DNA of 63,384 bases, filler included, from Octopus bimaculoides (lineage: Eukaryota): NCBI RefSeq assembly GCF_001194135.2. It is 8 parts of 8 records of this genome, joined end to end, with 100 filler letters (N's around TTAATTAATTAA, not from the genome) between each part and the next. Parts side by side here need not be neighbours in the genome. Positions count along the whole stretch, not along the records: positions 1 to 9,612 come from NC_068989.1; positions 9,713 to 32,218 come from NC_068982.1; 6 more parts are not named here. One strand, written 5' to 3'. A model generated the notes under the pieces. It saw only the letters and a program-made list of their open reading frames with translations, was not told the DNA's origin and made no database searches. The translations under genes were made by a program, and so were the position numbers. Shown here in pieces: positions 1 through 12,828 of the stretch; the first letter of the stretch is position 1; each line of letters begins with the position of its first letter.

Positions 1-27
1 ATATATATATATATATATATATATATA

Positions 28-250
28 AGGCGAGCTGGCAGAAACGTTAGCACGCCATGCTTATCGGTGTGTCGTCTGCCGTTATGTTCTGAGTTCAAAT
101 TCCGCCGAGGTCGACTTTGCCTTTCATCCTTTCGGGGTCAATTAAATAAGTACCAGTTATGCACTGGGGTCGATGTAATCGATTCAATTCCTTCGTCTGT
201 CCTTGTTTGTCTCCTCTATGTTTAGCACCATGTGTGCAATAAAGAAATAT
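28..250 (+). mobile_element. tRNA-derived SINE (family with the GTCGACTTTGCCTTTCATCCTTTCGGGG central domain)
   Basis: Degenerate tRNA-like head with B-box GAGTTCAAATTCC, then a conserved central block also seen at 15.7-16.1, 21.7 and 22.2 kb; flanked by (TA)n. Confidence 0.8.
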
Positions 251-324
251 ATATATAGATAGATAGATATACAATGTTGGCCAAAAGTCACCCAACAGTA
301 AATCAAAATTCCATAAATACTTAA

Positions 325-612
325 TACAGTTCTAAATTTAAAAGATGAGGAATTATGTACATTATTTACGCTATTTACATTTGACGGATATTTGTCCTCA
401 TCTTGTTGTTAACACGTTTCGACTGATATACCCTCCAGCCTTCATAAGGTGTCTTGGGGAAATTTCGAACCTGGGTTCTCATTCCTAAGGTATTTTTGAT
501 GTTGTTGTTGTTGTTGTTATTATTATTATTATTATTATTCAGGTCACTAACTGGAATCGAACTCGGAATCTTGGGGTTAGTAGCCCGCGCTGTTAAACAC
601 TACGCCATATGC
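325..612 (-). mobile_element. tRNA-headed SINE with hammerhead-containing tail, copy 1 (core decayed)
   Basis: Minus strand reads TGGCGTAGTG (A-box)...GAGTTCGATTCC (B-box), (AAT)n, then the same tail as 13196-13445. The hammerhead core is mutated (CTTATGA) and has a deletion after GAAAC. Confidence 0.85.
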
Positions 613-1922
613 CACAGGGGCATATAATAATAATAATAATAATAATAATTATAATTATAATATTCTTTTATAATTTGTATATATATATATTTTTTTTTTA
701 TAAATGCAAAACAACACCACACACTCGCCTCCCGAGTTTCGTTTTCCATACAGTATGTACGATGTTTTGCTTACTCATCTACGGCACACTACGTATTTTC
801 TTCTAATATATTTTAATTAATGAGTTATATATTTTCTTCTAATATATTTTAATTAATGAGTTAATTTTTAGGCGTGAAAATGCTTATTTTACCACAGAAA
901 TAATTAAGACCTAAAATATTATAAATGCCTGTTGGCTGCAGAAACCCATGATATACTGAGGAGTCCACGATATAAATTTCTATATATTAGCCAAAAAAAA
1001 GTCCGCGATGTACAGAGAGTGCGATATGTGAACCGCTATATGGCGAGCCATTACTATACATACGTACATACATACATACATACATACATACATACATACA
1101 TGCATAAATGTATCAGTCAAGTGTTTCGGTGAACCTTCGATGTAGCAACAAACATACTACTGCCTCAGAATATGCCGCACACCTACAACTTAACATTTGA
1201 GTCGCTAACGGTGTAGAAAACACAAAGAGCAGTATGGTTAATGCCTGATTTGTCTTGCCTTGATTAGTTTTGAAACAAGCGGACATTGTTCATTTATGCG
1301 TTTGTAAACACGGTATTTCAATGTTGTTTATGGGTGCTTGTTCTATGTCTTGGGGTTGCTTCTATTTCGTTTGTAGTATATTCTTTGTTTTATAAGCGTA
1401 TATACTTATACATGTATATATATATATACAAATACATACGTGTATATATGTGTGTGTGTATTTTACAAAGTATTTACATGTGTGTGTACAAATATGTTTG
1501 TTTGTTTGCTTTTCTGTTCTTCGTTTGATAGCTTGTAATGTGTGTGTATGTATGTATATTGGTATCTGCGTCTGTACACATTTGAGTGCGTGTGTGTGTG
1601 TGTCTGTGTGTCTGTGTGCGCGCTTGTGTGTGTGTGTTTGTCAGTGTGTGCCTGTTTCTTGTTTTGTATAGTTTTATTACCATTAATATCTTGTGGGTAG
1701 GAAATATATCAAAGGCTTTCATAGGTTATATTGAAAGCTGCCAAAACCTTCCTTTTTCTGCTTTCCGTTCAATGAATCAAATTAATGTGTGTAATGCACA
1801 CATTTCATTTTCTCATAAACAACCACACATACATGTACATAAGACATATGTATATGTATATGTGTGTATGTGTGTGTCTATGTATGTATAATAATAAATG
1901 TGCATGTGCGTGTGTATGCATG

Positions 1923-1965
<43 letters not shown>

Positions 1966-2465
1966 NNNNNNNNNNNNNNNNNNNNNNNNNNNNNNNNNNN
2001 NNNNNNNNNNNNNNNNNNNNNNNNNNNNNNNNNNNNNNNNNNNNNNNNNNNNNNNNNNNNNNNNNNNNNNNNNNNNNNNNNNNNNNNNNNNNNNNNNNNN
2101 NNNNNNNNNNNNNNNNNNNNNNNNNNNNNNNNNNNNNNNNNNNNNNNNNNNNNNNNNNNNNNNNNNNNNTATATATATATATATACGTGTATAATTATAT
2201 GCGTATATGGACATATTCAGAGATACACATGTATATATATATATATACATATATAGAGACTTATACGCATGTGTGCCTGCGTGTGAGTGAGTGAATGTGT
2301 GTGTGTGTGTGTGTGTGTGCGTGTGTGTGTGTGTGTACATATATGTATATGTATATGTATATATGTATATGTACATACATACATACATATATGTGTATGA
2401 ACGTCTGACTATATACATATACATACATGTGTGTATGTGTGTGTGTGTGTGTATGAGTGTGTGAG

Positions 2466-2506
<41 letters not shown>

Positions 2507-3392
2507 ATATATGTATGCATATTCTTTTACACTTTTTAATTTGGAATAAATTTATGTACCTCTTTATGTATGTATGTATGCATGTATGTATGTATACATG
2601 CATGTATGTATGTATAATCAAAAAACAAACCGCTCTTTCTAAACAAATAAATGTTTATACATAGGTATTTCCGCATAAGATACAGTCGAAACATTTCTGA
2701 ACCCCGACAACAAAAATATACATGTGTGAGCATTCATGTGTTGGTTTCGCTTTACGTGTGTGTATATATACATATATATATNNNNNNNNNNNNNNNNNNN
2801 NNNNNNNNNNNNNNNNNNNNNNNNNNNNNNNNNNNNNNNNNNNNNNNNNNNNNNNNNNNNNNNNNNNNNNNNNNNNNNNNNNNNNNNNNNNNNNNNNNNN
2901 NNNNNNNNNNNNNNNNNNNNNNNNNNNNNNNNNNNNNNNNNNNNNNNNNNNNNNNNNNNNNNNNNNNNNNNNNNNNNNNNNNNNNNNNNNNNNNNNNNNN
3001 NNNNNNNNNNNNNNNNNNNNNNNNNNNNNNNNNNNNNNNNNNNNNNNNNNNNNNNNNNNNNNNNNNNNNNNNNNNNNNNNNNNNNNNNNNNNNNNNNNNN
3101 NNNNNNNNNNNNNNNNNNNNNNNNNNNNNNNNNNNNNNNNNNNNNNNNNNNNNNNNNNNNNNNNNNNNNNNNNNNNNNNNNNNNNNNNNNNNNNNNNNNN
3201 NNNNNNNNNNNNNNNNNNNNNNNNNNNNNNNNNNNNNNNNNNNNNNNNNNNNNNNNNNNNNNNNNNNNNNNNNNNNNNNNNNNNNNNNNNNNNNNNNNNN
3301 NNNNNNNNNNNNNNNNNNNNNNNNNNNNNNNNNNNNNNNNNNNNNNNNNNNNNNNNNNNNNNNNNNNNNNNNNNNNNNNNNNNNTATATATA

Positions 3393-3428
<36 letters not shown>

Positions 3429-3880
3429 TGTATGTATGTATGCATGTATGTATGTATATAGTTTTGTATACGTGTGTTTACATGCCGATAATATGCACTA
3501 GCTAGCAGACAAACATAGGATGTTTACACAATTATTAAGGACCATGTAGATAGGGTAGAAAAAATGTGAGCAATCATACAAAAATATTTCTTTTTCGTTA
3601 GAATAAATGCTAGTTTTAGGTTGGTAAAGTTTTAGTTTAAAAGTGAACATTAAACGATTCCAGGAGCTTCAAAAGACTAGAGTTGAAGGTGGGTTGGTGA
3701 AGAGTAGAAATTGCTGTGTATTGGCAGATACAAAATATATATTTTTGATATTTTCCTGTCTATACATTCGTGTACTTCCACTTCAGTGGAGTATTATGTC
3801 TTCCTAAACTTATACACAAAATATACACACAAACAACACATCTATGTGTGACACACACACGCACACACACAACTATTTAT

Positions 3881-3933
<53 letters not shown>

Positions 3934-4337
3934 TATATATATTGAACTGTATATTATTAAGTTTCACAGCATCACAAGTATGTGTATGAATGTACCTCCG
4001 TTAGTGTTTGCTTGCTTATGTGTGTGTCTGTGTGCGTGTGCGTGCGTCTACGTGTGTATTCACGTACACAATATACCTACATTTATGTATATGCCTGTAT
4101 ATATGTAATCCATATGTAATGTATGATTATATGATATATGATATATATGTAATATACGATTATGCATATATAAATATATATGTATATGTATATATACGTA
4201 TATATATATATTTTTATACTATATGTACATATATATGTAGGCATTTATATAAAATTATTTCAAATTCCCAAAGCATTTTTATATAAATTCAAATATATGC
4301 ATATACACATATATACATATATATATACCCACAATAC

Positions 4338-4385
<48 letters not shown>

Positions 4386-5496
4386 NNNNNNNNNNNNNNN
4401 NNNNNNNNNNNNNNNNNNNNNNNNNNNNNNNNNNNNNNNNNNNNNNNNNNNNNNNNNNNNNNNNNNNNNNNNNNNNNNNNNNNNNNNNNNNNNNNNNNNN
4501 NNNNNNNNNNNNNNNNNNNNNNNNNNNNNNNNNNNNNNNNNNNNNNNNNNNNNNNNNNNNNNNNNNNNNNNNNNNNNNNNNNNNNNNNNNNNNNNNNNNN
4601 NNNNNNNNNNNNNNNNNNNNNNNNNNNNNNNNNNNNNNNNNNNNNNNNNNNNNNNNNNNNNNNNNNNNNNNNNNNNNNNNNNNNNNNNNNNNNNNNNNNN
4701 NNNNNNNNNNNNNNNNNNNNNNGAGACTGTGTGTGTGTGTGTTTGTGCTTCTGTGTGTTTGTGCTTCTGTGTGTTTGTGCTTCTGTGTGTTTGTGCTTCT
4801 GTGTGTTTGTGTGTGTGCATGTGTCTGCACTATGTGGTAATATTTATGTGCGTGTAGTGTATGTCGTAGCGTATGTTATAATTCGTATTTTTGTTAAATT
4901 TTCATTGAATTAAGCATGCAACAAATCGTTCCTTTTCTTGTTTGTCGTCTTATTGTTCTTCTATTACTTTGAAGCCATATCTGGTGTGTAAACGGCTGTG
5001 TATACTAAAGGATTCTGTTTGTTCTACATTCCTAAATATTTGTTCTTAAATATTTGTAGTCATCGATGTATCTTGTAAGCTTGATTTGTTGAAAATATAA
5101 CACCAAACCTCAAGGAATTATTCTTCGATCGAGAATATTTTTCTTTCGTTTATTCTTTTATTCTTTTACCGCTATTTGTTGCTTGACTGTGGTCAAGCTG
5201 GAGCAATACTTCCATCAATGGTTTTGGTAAAATATTTCAACACGTGTACTTATCTTCTGATAAATTCTGTTTATCGCATTGCTACACTAGTTTCATATTT
5301 CATTACATTTATTTAGTGGCGTAAATATGACTGGGTACTTTTTGTCAAGCGCAATAATTTACTCTATATAAAATCTCACAATCACAGGCGCAAATATACA
5401 CATATGTGTGTATATACACAAACATATATATGTGTGTGTATAGATAGATAGAGCGATAGATAGATAGAAAGACAGATATTTTAAAATCATTCACGC

Positions 5497-5670
5497 AGGA
5501 GTGGCCGTCATGGCCAATAAAATGAAATAAAGTGGCTTGCTTACCAACATCATTCCGGGTTCAGTCCCACCACATGGCACCATGGGCAAGTGCTTTCTAC
5601 TATAGCCTCGGGCCGACGAAAACCTTATGAGTGGATTTGGTAGACAGAAACTGAAAGAAGCTCGTCATAT
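5497..5670 (+). mobile_element. tRNA-derived CORE-like SINE
   Basis: Head with GGGTTCAGTCCC B-box, then GGCACC-TGGGCAAGTG...CTACTATAGCCTCGGGCCGAC, repeated many times in the window. Confidence 0.8.
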
Positions 5671-5789
5671 ATATATANNNNNNNNNNNNNNNNNNNNNNN
5701 NNNNNNNNNNNNNNNNNNNNNNNNNNNNNNNNNNNNNNNNNNNNNNNNNNNNNNNNNNNNNNNNNNNNNNNNNNNNNTTTTTTTTCTTT

Positions 5790-7370
5790 TTTCAGCGTAT
5801 GATTAGACTTTGAATATTTTTTCCATCGTTAATCGTGTACTTTTATTTCTATTTTCAGTTCTCTAGAATATCGTCGGGTTGTTTTCCAATTCAGTTTTTC
5901 ATGGTGTAGTTCAAATTTCCCTTTGTTATATGTGTTGTCAGTGAATTTATGTTGCACAAATATGGCGTATGTAACAATTAGAGTCATGAATCTTAAAACT
6001 TTGGAGTTAGCAATCAAAATTATAAATCTCGCTGTTCAATAGTAGTTTAGTCACACATTTACATGCTGGCGATATCTTACTGACCAGAAAGTCTGTAACC
6101 TTAGGGTTTTGGAGTATATGAGTATTAGTTTACCGTTTCAGAAACATTTTGTTTGTGTTCATGTCTTCGTAGTTACTATGCATTCCATTCATATTATACT
6201 GTATATATGTGCTCTGTGTTTGTTTCAATAGCGTAGTGTTCGATGTATTAGCTACATTGTATTTCTGTCTGTATTCTTATATGCACGCATCTTTTAGTTT
6301 GCTAGGATACCCTTTGTTGATTTGTTCATTAAATAGGCTTATTTAATTTTTCGTTTCTGGCAAACTATCTAAATACCTGTCTTATTATAGATCTTATCTG
6401 TAACATTTTGTATCTGTTTGAAAATTCTATGTCTGCCTATAAGTATTGATATTTCATTGTGTTTCTGGTATAAACAGATATGATATTTGTGTTATTTTTA
6501 TCTGAATGTTTCTCTCAAGAAATGAAGTCAGCTTGTTGAGGTTTTTATTTATAGTTTTCTTGGCCTTGAATTTTAGTACGAAGTTGTTTTCTACGTCTTC
6601 AATCTCTGTCTTGCTGTTTTCCGATCTGCTTCTTGCAACAGGAATGTCATCTATACACCTGAATATCCAATTTTTGAAAATGCAATTTGCCTTGTGGTCA
6701 GAAAAAGCGTTCTTCCATTATACAGAACACCGGTAATTCCCTTAGTAACTTAGTTACTGTCATGGATGGTTTTATTATTCTAAGTTATACCTTACTTAAG
6801 CTGCTTCCCATTGTTTCTAACATCAAAAATGATGATAAACGGACGGTCAACATCTCTAAAGTCAAAATGTTGCCCAATTTGTTAATTTCTTGCGACTCAG
6901 TTAATGAATATATATTGTATCTCTACTGCCTGTGTAATGTTTGGTGCGTATATTCCTTCACATATGGTTCCGAGGCGCTTGTTTCGTTTGTGCATTATTC
7001 ACTGTTTTAGGATTATATGCTGGAGTGAATTCTTATTTCAAATGAAAAGATGAGGAGCTGTAATGTGTGTTTTTATCTCCATAATTAGTTTTAGAGTTTA
7101 TTTTTGTAGTATATGAGTGTTAGTTTATCGTTCGAGAAATATTTTCGCTTCGAATTCTTATAAATGTAAATATACATAAACTGAGCGCATATAATATATA
7201 CATAAGAATGTTTATATAATATATTCTTAACTGAAGTAAATTATTTTTACTGGTGGAACTCAAAGTAGATAAAGCTATAGAAGGTAGCGTGTACAATGTT
7301 GAGTTAAAAAGAAGTTGAATGGGAAAAAAATTTAGAGAGCGGATACTACATCTCATGTCTTAACTGAGTG
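5790..7370 (-). mobile_element. Decayed Penelope-like element (RT plus probable GIY-YIG remnant)
   Basis: Minus-strand translation gives KNWIFRCIDDIP (DD codons at 6646-6651; compare PLE WxRYIDDI), followed by LKF...SFLE. A degenerate VTYAIF... segment lies near 5.9-6.0 kb. Many stops and frameshifts. Confidence 0.6.
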
Positions 7371-7476
7371 TATATAATACGACGAAACTTAGCACTAAGG
7401 TGTACACAGAAGTCTTTTTCACCATGAATTATAAATGAAGTGCAAACTCTAGATCATTTCCTCAAGGTCTCACATA

Positions 7477-7530
<54 letters not shown>

Positions 7531-8389
7531 NNNNNNNNNNNNNNNNNNNNNNNNNNNNNNNNNNNNNNNNNNNNNNNNNNNNNNNNNNNNNNNNNNNNNN
7601 NNNNNNNNNNNNNNNNNNNNNNNNNNNNNNNNNNNNNNNNNNNNNNNNNNNNNNNNNNNNNNNNNNNNNNNNNNNNNNNNNNNNNNNNNNNNNNNNNNNN
7701 NNNNNNNNNNNNNNNNNNNNNNNNNNNNNNNNNNNNNNNNNNNNNNNNNNNNNNNNNNNNNNNNNNNNNNNNNNNNNNNNNNNNNNNNNNNNNNNNNNNN
7801 NNNNNNNNNNNNNNNNNNNNNNNNNNNNNNNNNNNNNNNNNNNNNNNNNNNNNNNNNNNNNNNNNNNNNNNNNNNNNNNNNNNNNNNNNNNNNNNNNNNN
7901 NNNNNNNNNNNNNNNNNNNNNNNNNNNNNNNNNNNNNNNNNNNNNNNNNNNNNNNNNNNNNNNNNNNNNNNNNNNNNNNNNNNNNNNNNNNNNNNNNNNN
8001 NNNNNNNNNNNNNNNNNNNNNNNNNNNNNNNNNNNNNNNNNNNNNNNNNNNNNNNNNNNNNNNNNNNNNNNNNNNNNNNNNNNNNNNNNNNNNNNNNNNN
8101 NNNNNNNNNNNNNNNNNNNNNNNNNNNNNNNNNNNNNNNNNNNNNNNNNNNNNNNNNNNNNNNNNNNNNNNNNNNNNNNNNNNNNNNNNNNGAGTATGTA
8201 TATATATATAAGTTCAAAAAAGGGAAAAGACAAAAAAAAACAACAAAAAAACAACGTGAGGACGTGATACAGATTGTGTTACTAGACGCTCGGGAAAGGA
8301 AAGAGAGAGAATATGACGTTTCGAGCGGAGCTCTTCGTCGGAAACAAGGAAAGTCCAAAGAAGGGAAAAACGGAGGAATATATATATAA

Positions 8390-8426
<37 letters not shown>

Positions 8427-8445
8427 CTTTGCTAAGAGCTTCTAT

Positions 8446-8670
8446 CCTGAGGATGCGTGGCTTAGTTGTTGGACTCATGATCGTAAGATTGTGGCTTCGT
8501 TTCCTGGACCGGGTGACGCGTTGTATTCTTGAGTAAAACACTTCATTTCACGTTGCCCCAATACACTCAGCTGGCAAAAATGAGGAATCCTGCGACGGAC
8601 CAGCGTCCCGTCCAGGTAGGGTGTTTATGCGCCATAGAAAGAGGGGAACCGGATCTTATTAGTCGGCTTG
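8446..8670 (+). mobile_element. tRNA-derived SINE (TGTGTTCTTGAGCAAGACAC / CACTCAGCTGGC family)
   Basis: tRNA-like head and central block shared with 9800, 12395 and 29704. Confidence 0.75.
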
Positions 8671-9392
8671 ACACGAGATGGCAACATTTTGTTTTCACCT
8701 TTTACTAACTTTCACTTACAGCCGAAATATGACCAAACCTGAACCTTATAAAAAGAAAACAGCAAAAATAACACAAGATATTGTTTTCATAGCTCTAATG
8801 AGTCTCCTAATCCATCACCTTATAACATTGATATAATTTTGAATATATCATAAACAGAGTATATTATTCTATAGACGTTACTATTTCTCTGTGGTTCAGC
8901 TGTCCGCTTTGAGACCGTGTGGTTCTGAATTTCGATCCCACAGCACGACACTTTTCACAAGTTTCTGCTAATGCAGATTTGTGTTGACAAATACGGAATT
9001 TGATAGACGAAAACTACACATAGCTAAATTGTTAGGAAGTTTGTTTTGCTATCATGAGCTCTAGGATTCGTTCCCACCGTCTAATATATTGAACGCATGC
9101 CTTTTACCATAGATTTGGATACATACAAATTTTGAGGATAAGACTGAAGCGACGGCAATCCTGTAAAAGTCCGCTAGAGGGATTGTACCTGTATTTCAAA
9201 GGTCCAACCTTGGTCAATTTCACATTGATTCCTTCTGAACAGTACGAAGAGAAAATGTTTGTAGAATGTTCAGCTACTTACACATTAATTCAATGCATAA
9301 TTCAAGCATATAGCTCAGTAAGTCGAATTGTTGAACGTAAGTCGAATTATCGAACCGACAGATGCCCATTATTAGATAGATAGATAGATAAA

Positions 9393-9431
<39 letters not shown>

Positions 9432-9799
9432 TCACGTAGGTAAGTAGGTAAGTAGGTAAGTAGGTAAGTAGGTAGGCAGGCAGGCAGACAGACAGATATC
9501 TTTTTATTATAGCCACACAGGGCTAAATACAGAAAATGGACAAATTACAAAGTAGAGCTTTTCTTGGGGGGGGGATAATTTGGATCAAAAGGGATCGCGG
9601 GAAGAAAAAAAANNNNNNNNNNNNNNNNNNNNNNNNNNNNNNNNNNNNNNNNNNNNTTAATTAATTAANNNNNNNNNNNNNNNNNNNNNNNNNNNNNNNN
9701 NNNNNNNNNNNNCGGGTATATTGCGAGCAGCGGAGCTAACTTCAATAAATCAAGAATTTCTCTTGCGTGAAATTTAAAATAACCTTATTAGTCTTCAAA

Positions 9800-10135
9800 T
9801 GAAGGCGCATGGCTCAGTGGTTAGAGCGTTGGTATCACAGTCATGAAGGTAGTGCGTTCGATTTCCGGACCGGGCTGTGTGTTGTGTTCTTGAGCAAGAC
9901 ACTTTATTTCACATTACTTCAGTTTACTCAGCTGCAGAAATGATTGCGACGTCACTGTAGCAAAGCTTTGCCTTTCACCTGGATAACATCAGTGGCATGG
10001 AGAGGGGAAGCTGGTATGCATGGGTGACTGCTGTTCTTCCATAAACAACCTTGCCTGGACTTTTGCCTTGGATGATAACTGACCAGCTGTAATCCCATGG
10101 TCGTTCATGACCGAAGGGAATCTTTGCCCTTTGAT
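9800..10135 (+). mobile_element. tRNA-derived SINE
   Basis: GGCGCATGGCTCAGTGGTTAGAGC A-box, GTTCGATTTCC B-box and the family central block. Confidence 0.8.
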
Positions 10136-10228
10136 ATATAAGTAATCCATATATCAGAAAAAGAAGCACACCTTAAAACATTAGAGCAGTAATATAAATT
10201 TTTGGGAGTTAAATGTTGTGCTCGCTCA

Positions 10229-10292
10229 TTGAGTGACCATTAATTTCGTGCCTATAAAGCAGTTAACCGTATAGGCGACTCTTCAGACTCAA
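10229..10292 (-). ncRNA. Type I hammerhead ribozyme motif (left arm of foldback)
   Basis: Minus strand: TTGAGT CTGAAGA GT(C)GCCTATA...TATAGGCAC GAAA TTAATG GTC ACTCAA. Helix I is 6 bp, helix II is long, cleavage triplet is GUC, and helix III has two U-G wobbles. Confidence 0.8.
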
Positions 10293-10300
10293 ACGGCCAT

Positions 10301-10364
10301 TTGAGTCTGACGAGTCGCCTATACTGCTAAGCGCTTTATACGTGCGAAACCAATTGTCACTCTA
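10301..10364 (+). ncRNA. Type I hammerhead ribozyme motif (right arm of foldback)
   Basis: TTGAGT CTGACGA GTCGCCTATA...TATACGTGC GAAA CCAATT GTC ACTC. The core is intact and helix II is partly mutated. Confidence 0.7.
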
Positions 10365-10459
10365 ACCGGGCATAACAGTTAACTTCTTAACACACACACA
10401 CACACACACACGCCCCCCCCCACACACACCACACACACACACATACTTAGTGCGAGAGC

Positions 10460-10497
<38 letters not shown>

Positions 10498-11371
10498 AGA
10501 TAGAGATAGATAGATAGATAGATAGAGAGATAGTAGGTAAATGTATGGGCGAAAAAAGGTCTGTAAGAGCAAGCTACATTGTATTTAATATGAGATTACT
10601 ATAACATTCTTCACATAGCTTTGCGAACAAAGCTAACCTTCCGTTGGGCAACTGTATTTGAGGGGATAGGCTTATCACAAACATAACAGTGTAATGTAAC
10701 GGTGAGAAAGACTTTTAACGTAAATAATATGTAAAGCGACGTGTATGTGTGTGCACACACACCCAGAGGCACGCACGCACACAAACACACGCAAACACGC
10801 AAAGATCAGGATTTTAAATCCAGGCAGATAGCTTGTGAGCACTCTGTTAAAATCCACGCTTGACTAACCACAGCGAATATTAGGAAACATTTGGAATCGT
10901 GTACAATAAACAATTATAGTTGCATTCCATTTGGGTTGTGTCGTTAACCAGTTGGAGTATGTGTTTTCCTAGCGTTAAAAAATAGGAGTAACATCGTTCC
11001 GTACGAGACAGCCAAAGGAAGTTACTACTTGCATCTCTCATAGAGATTTTAGAACTTGTTGCAAAATCAGCAGCTTTTCTATATATTGCAAATACAAGCG
11101 AACGGCTATCATCTCTAGCGGACAGGTGTCCAGTACCGAGGATGGGTGTATATATATATANNNNNNNNNNNNNNNNNNNNNNNNNNNNNNNNNNNNNNNN
11201 NNNNNNNNNNNNNNNNNNNNNNNNNNNNNNNNNNNNNNNNNNNNNNNNNNNNNNNNNNNNNNNNNNNNNNNNNNNNNNNNNNNNNNNNNNNNNNNNNNNN
11301 NNNNNNNNNNNNNNNNNNNNNNNNNNNNNNNNNNNNNNNNNNNNNNNNNNNNNNNNNNNNNNNNNNNNNNN

Positions 11372-12053
11372 NCACATGTATACTCGGCCGGTGGTCGGAA
11401 ATAAGGTAAAGGATGACTCATCCAAGAAAATAGCATTCTTCCACTGCTCTAGGGACCAATTCTGTAGGTTTTTACTCCACTCTAAACGCTTTGCAACGTT
11501 TGTTTTTGAAAGTAGCGGTTTTCTGATTGCAGCCCTCCCGTAAAATCTGGCTTTGTGCAGCTCCCGGCGAACAGTTTTTGTGGAAACTGTGTTCTCGAGG
11601 TGATCAATAAGCTCTGCAGTAATTTTGGGAGCTGTACTTTTGTGATCCTTTCTAATAATTCGCGTAAGAGTCCGACGGTCCCTATCTGAAAGTTTTGGTC
11701 CTCTTCTGGAATTTTGTTTCGACGAGGTGGTTTTTCCCTCTTTCTCAAAGGCTGTCATTACTTTTGAGACAGTACTTCTTGATACACCAAACATTTCAGC
11801 TGTTTTCGTTACGCTAACGCCTGCCATACGAGCACCAACAATTTGACGTCCTTGAAAGTCCGATAGATCTGTCATTTTAAAGAATTTTAATAACCTTTTT
11901 CTGATGATATCTGAAAAGAAACAGCAATTTTAGCAAAACATATTAAGCAACACTAATAATAAATTAAAAAAAACATAAAAATAAACATGCCTTTGACAGT
12001 TTCATAGATATTTCAAAATTATGGGTGTTTCCATTATTTTGTCCAACCCCTGT
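11372..12053 (-). mobile_element. Tc1-family DNA transposon, 5' half (transposase CDS 11875 down to the gap at 11372)
   Basis: MTDLSDFQGRQIVGARMAGVSVTKTAEMFGVSRSTVSKV (HTH)...WKNAIFLDESSF (first catalytic D). TIR-like ACAGGGGTTGGACAAAATAATGGAAACACC at ~12024-12053. The rest is lost in an N gap. Confidence 0.9.
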
Positions 12054-12143
12054 GTGTGTGTGTGTGTGTGTATAACATATGGTATAATCATAAGCAGGGC
12101 AAATTTTAGCCATTTCTCCGCAGACTGAAAAAAAGTTATGAAG

Positions 12144-12190
12144 AACCGTAATCGATTTTCGAACCTTATTGGATTCTCATCAGAGGCGTC
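12144..12190 (-). ncRNA. Hammerhead, array unit A (one mismatch next to the cleavage site)
   Basis: GACGCCT CTGATGA GAATC CAATAA GGTTC GAAA ATCGAT TA CGGT. The core is intact; the first helix I pair is U x C. Confidence 0.75.
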
Positions 12191-12394
12191 TACATAATTC
12201 TGAGAGTCTCCAAAGAAACAGGCAGCCAAACTGTTTATATACTCAGCAAATGCAGCAGTTATTCTATGAAGGAGTCCCGAATCTGCACACCGAAAGTGTT
12301 TAACACCCTATAAATACAGCGGCCTGTCAACAGGGATCTTAGTCCACACAATATCAAGGTAGGATATAATATATATGTAACATTTCGTATTATT

Positions 12395-12720
12395 GTGAAG
12401 GCGCGTAGCTTAGTGGTTAGGGCATTCGACTCACGATTGTAAGGTCGTGAATTCAATTCCCGGCGACGCGTTGTGTCCTTGAGCAAGAACTTTATTTTAC
12501 GTTGCTCCAGTCCACTCAGCTGGCAAAAATGAGTTGTACCTGTATTTCATAGGACCAGCCTTGTTACACTCTGTGTCACACTGAATCTCCCTGAGAACTA
12601 CGTTAGGGGTACACGTGTCTGTGGATTGCTCAACCATTTGCATGTTAATTTCACGAGCAAGCTGTTCCGTTGATCGTATCAGCTGGGACCCTCGTCGTCG
12701 TAACCGACGGAGTGCTCCTT
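12395..12720 (+). mobile_element. tRNA-derived SINE inserted into the retrozyme array
   Basis: GGCGCGTAGCTTAGTGGTTAGGGC A-box and GAATTCAATTCC B-box. It splits the monomer junction GTAACA/TATGGTAT, which is intact at 13012-13026. Confidence 0.85.
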
Positions 12721-12783
12721 TATGGTATAACTATAAGCACGGCCAATTTTAGCTATCTCTCTGCAGACTGAAAAAAAATGAAC

Positions 12784-12828
12784 AACCTTAATCGATTTTC
12801 GAACCTTATTGGGTTCTCATCAGAGGCC
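12784..12828 (-). ncRNA. Hammerhead, array unit B (apparently intact)
   Basis: GGCCT CTGATGA GAACC CAATAA GGTTC GAAA ATCGAT TA AGGTT. Helix II is a perfect 5 bp, helix III lies in the palindrome AATCGATT (12790-12797), the triplet is UUA, and predicted cleavage is between 12789 and 12788. Confidence 0.88.

Larger units (their letters stand above)
10205..10385. repeat. Imperfect inverted repeat (arms ~10205-10293 and ~10300-10385, spacer CGGCCA)
   Basis: TATAGGCGACTCTTCAGACTCAAA is nearly the reverse complement of TTTGAGTCTGACGAGTCGCCTATA. Similarity continues outward to GAGCACAACATTTAACT versus GGGCATAACAGTTAACT. Confidence 0.9.

Noticed and set aside
8700-8840. Perfect TACTAAC branch point plus acceptor on the plus strand (and similar small exon-like signals at 46250-46365 and 53960-54015)
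   Set aside because: Splice-like signals without a recognisable protein or partner exons; cannot be supported without RNA data.
10880-11160. C-terminal part of the 331-aa Tc1 ORF
   Set aside because: Joined to the transposase only through an N gap; it shows no DDE motifs, so it is a different sequence.
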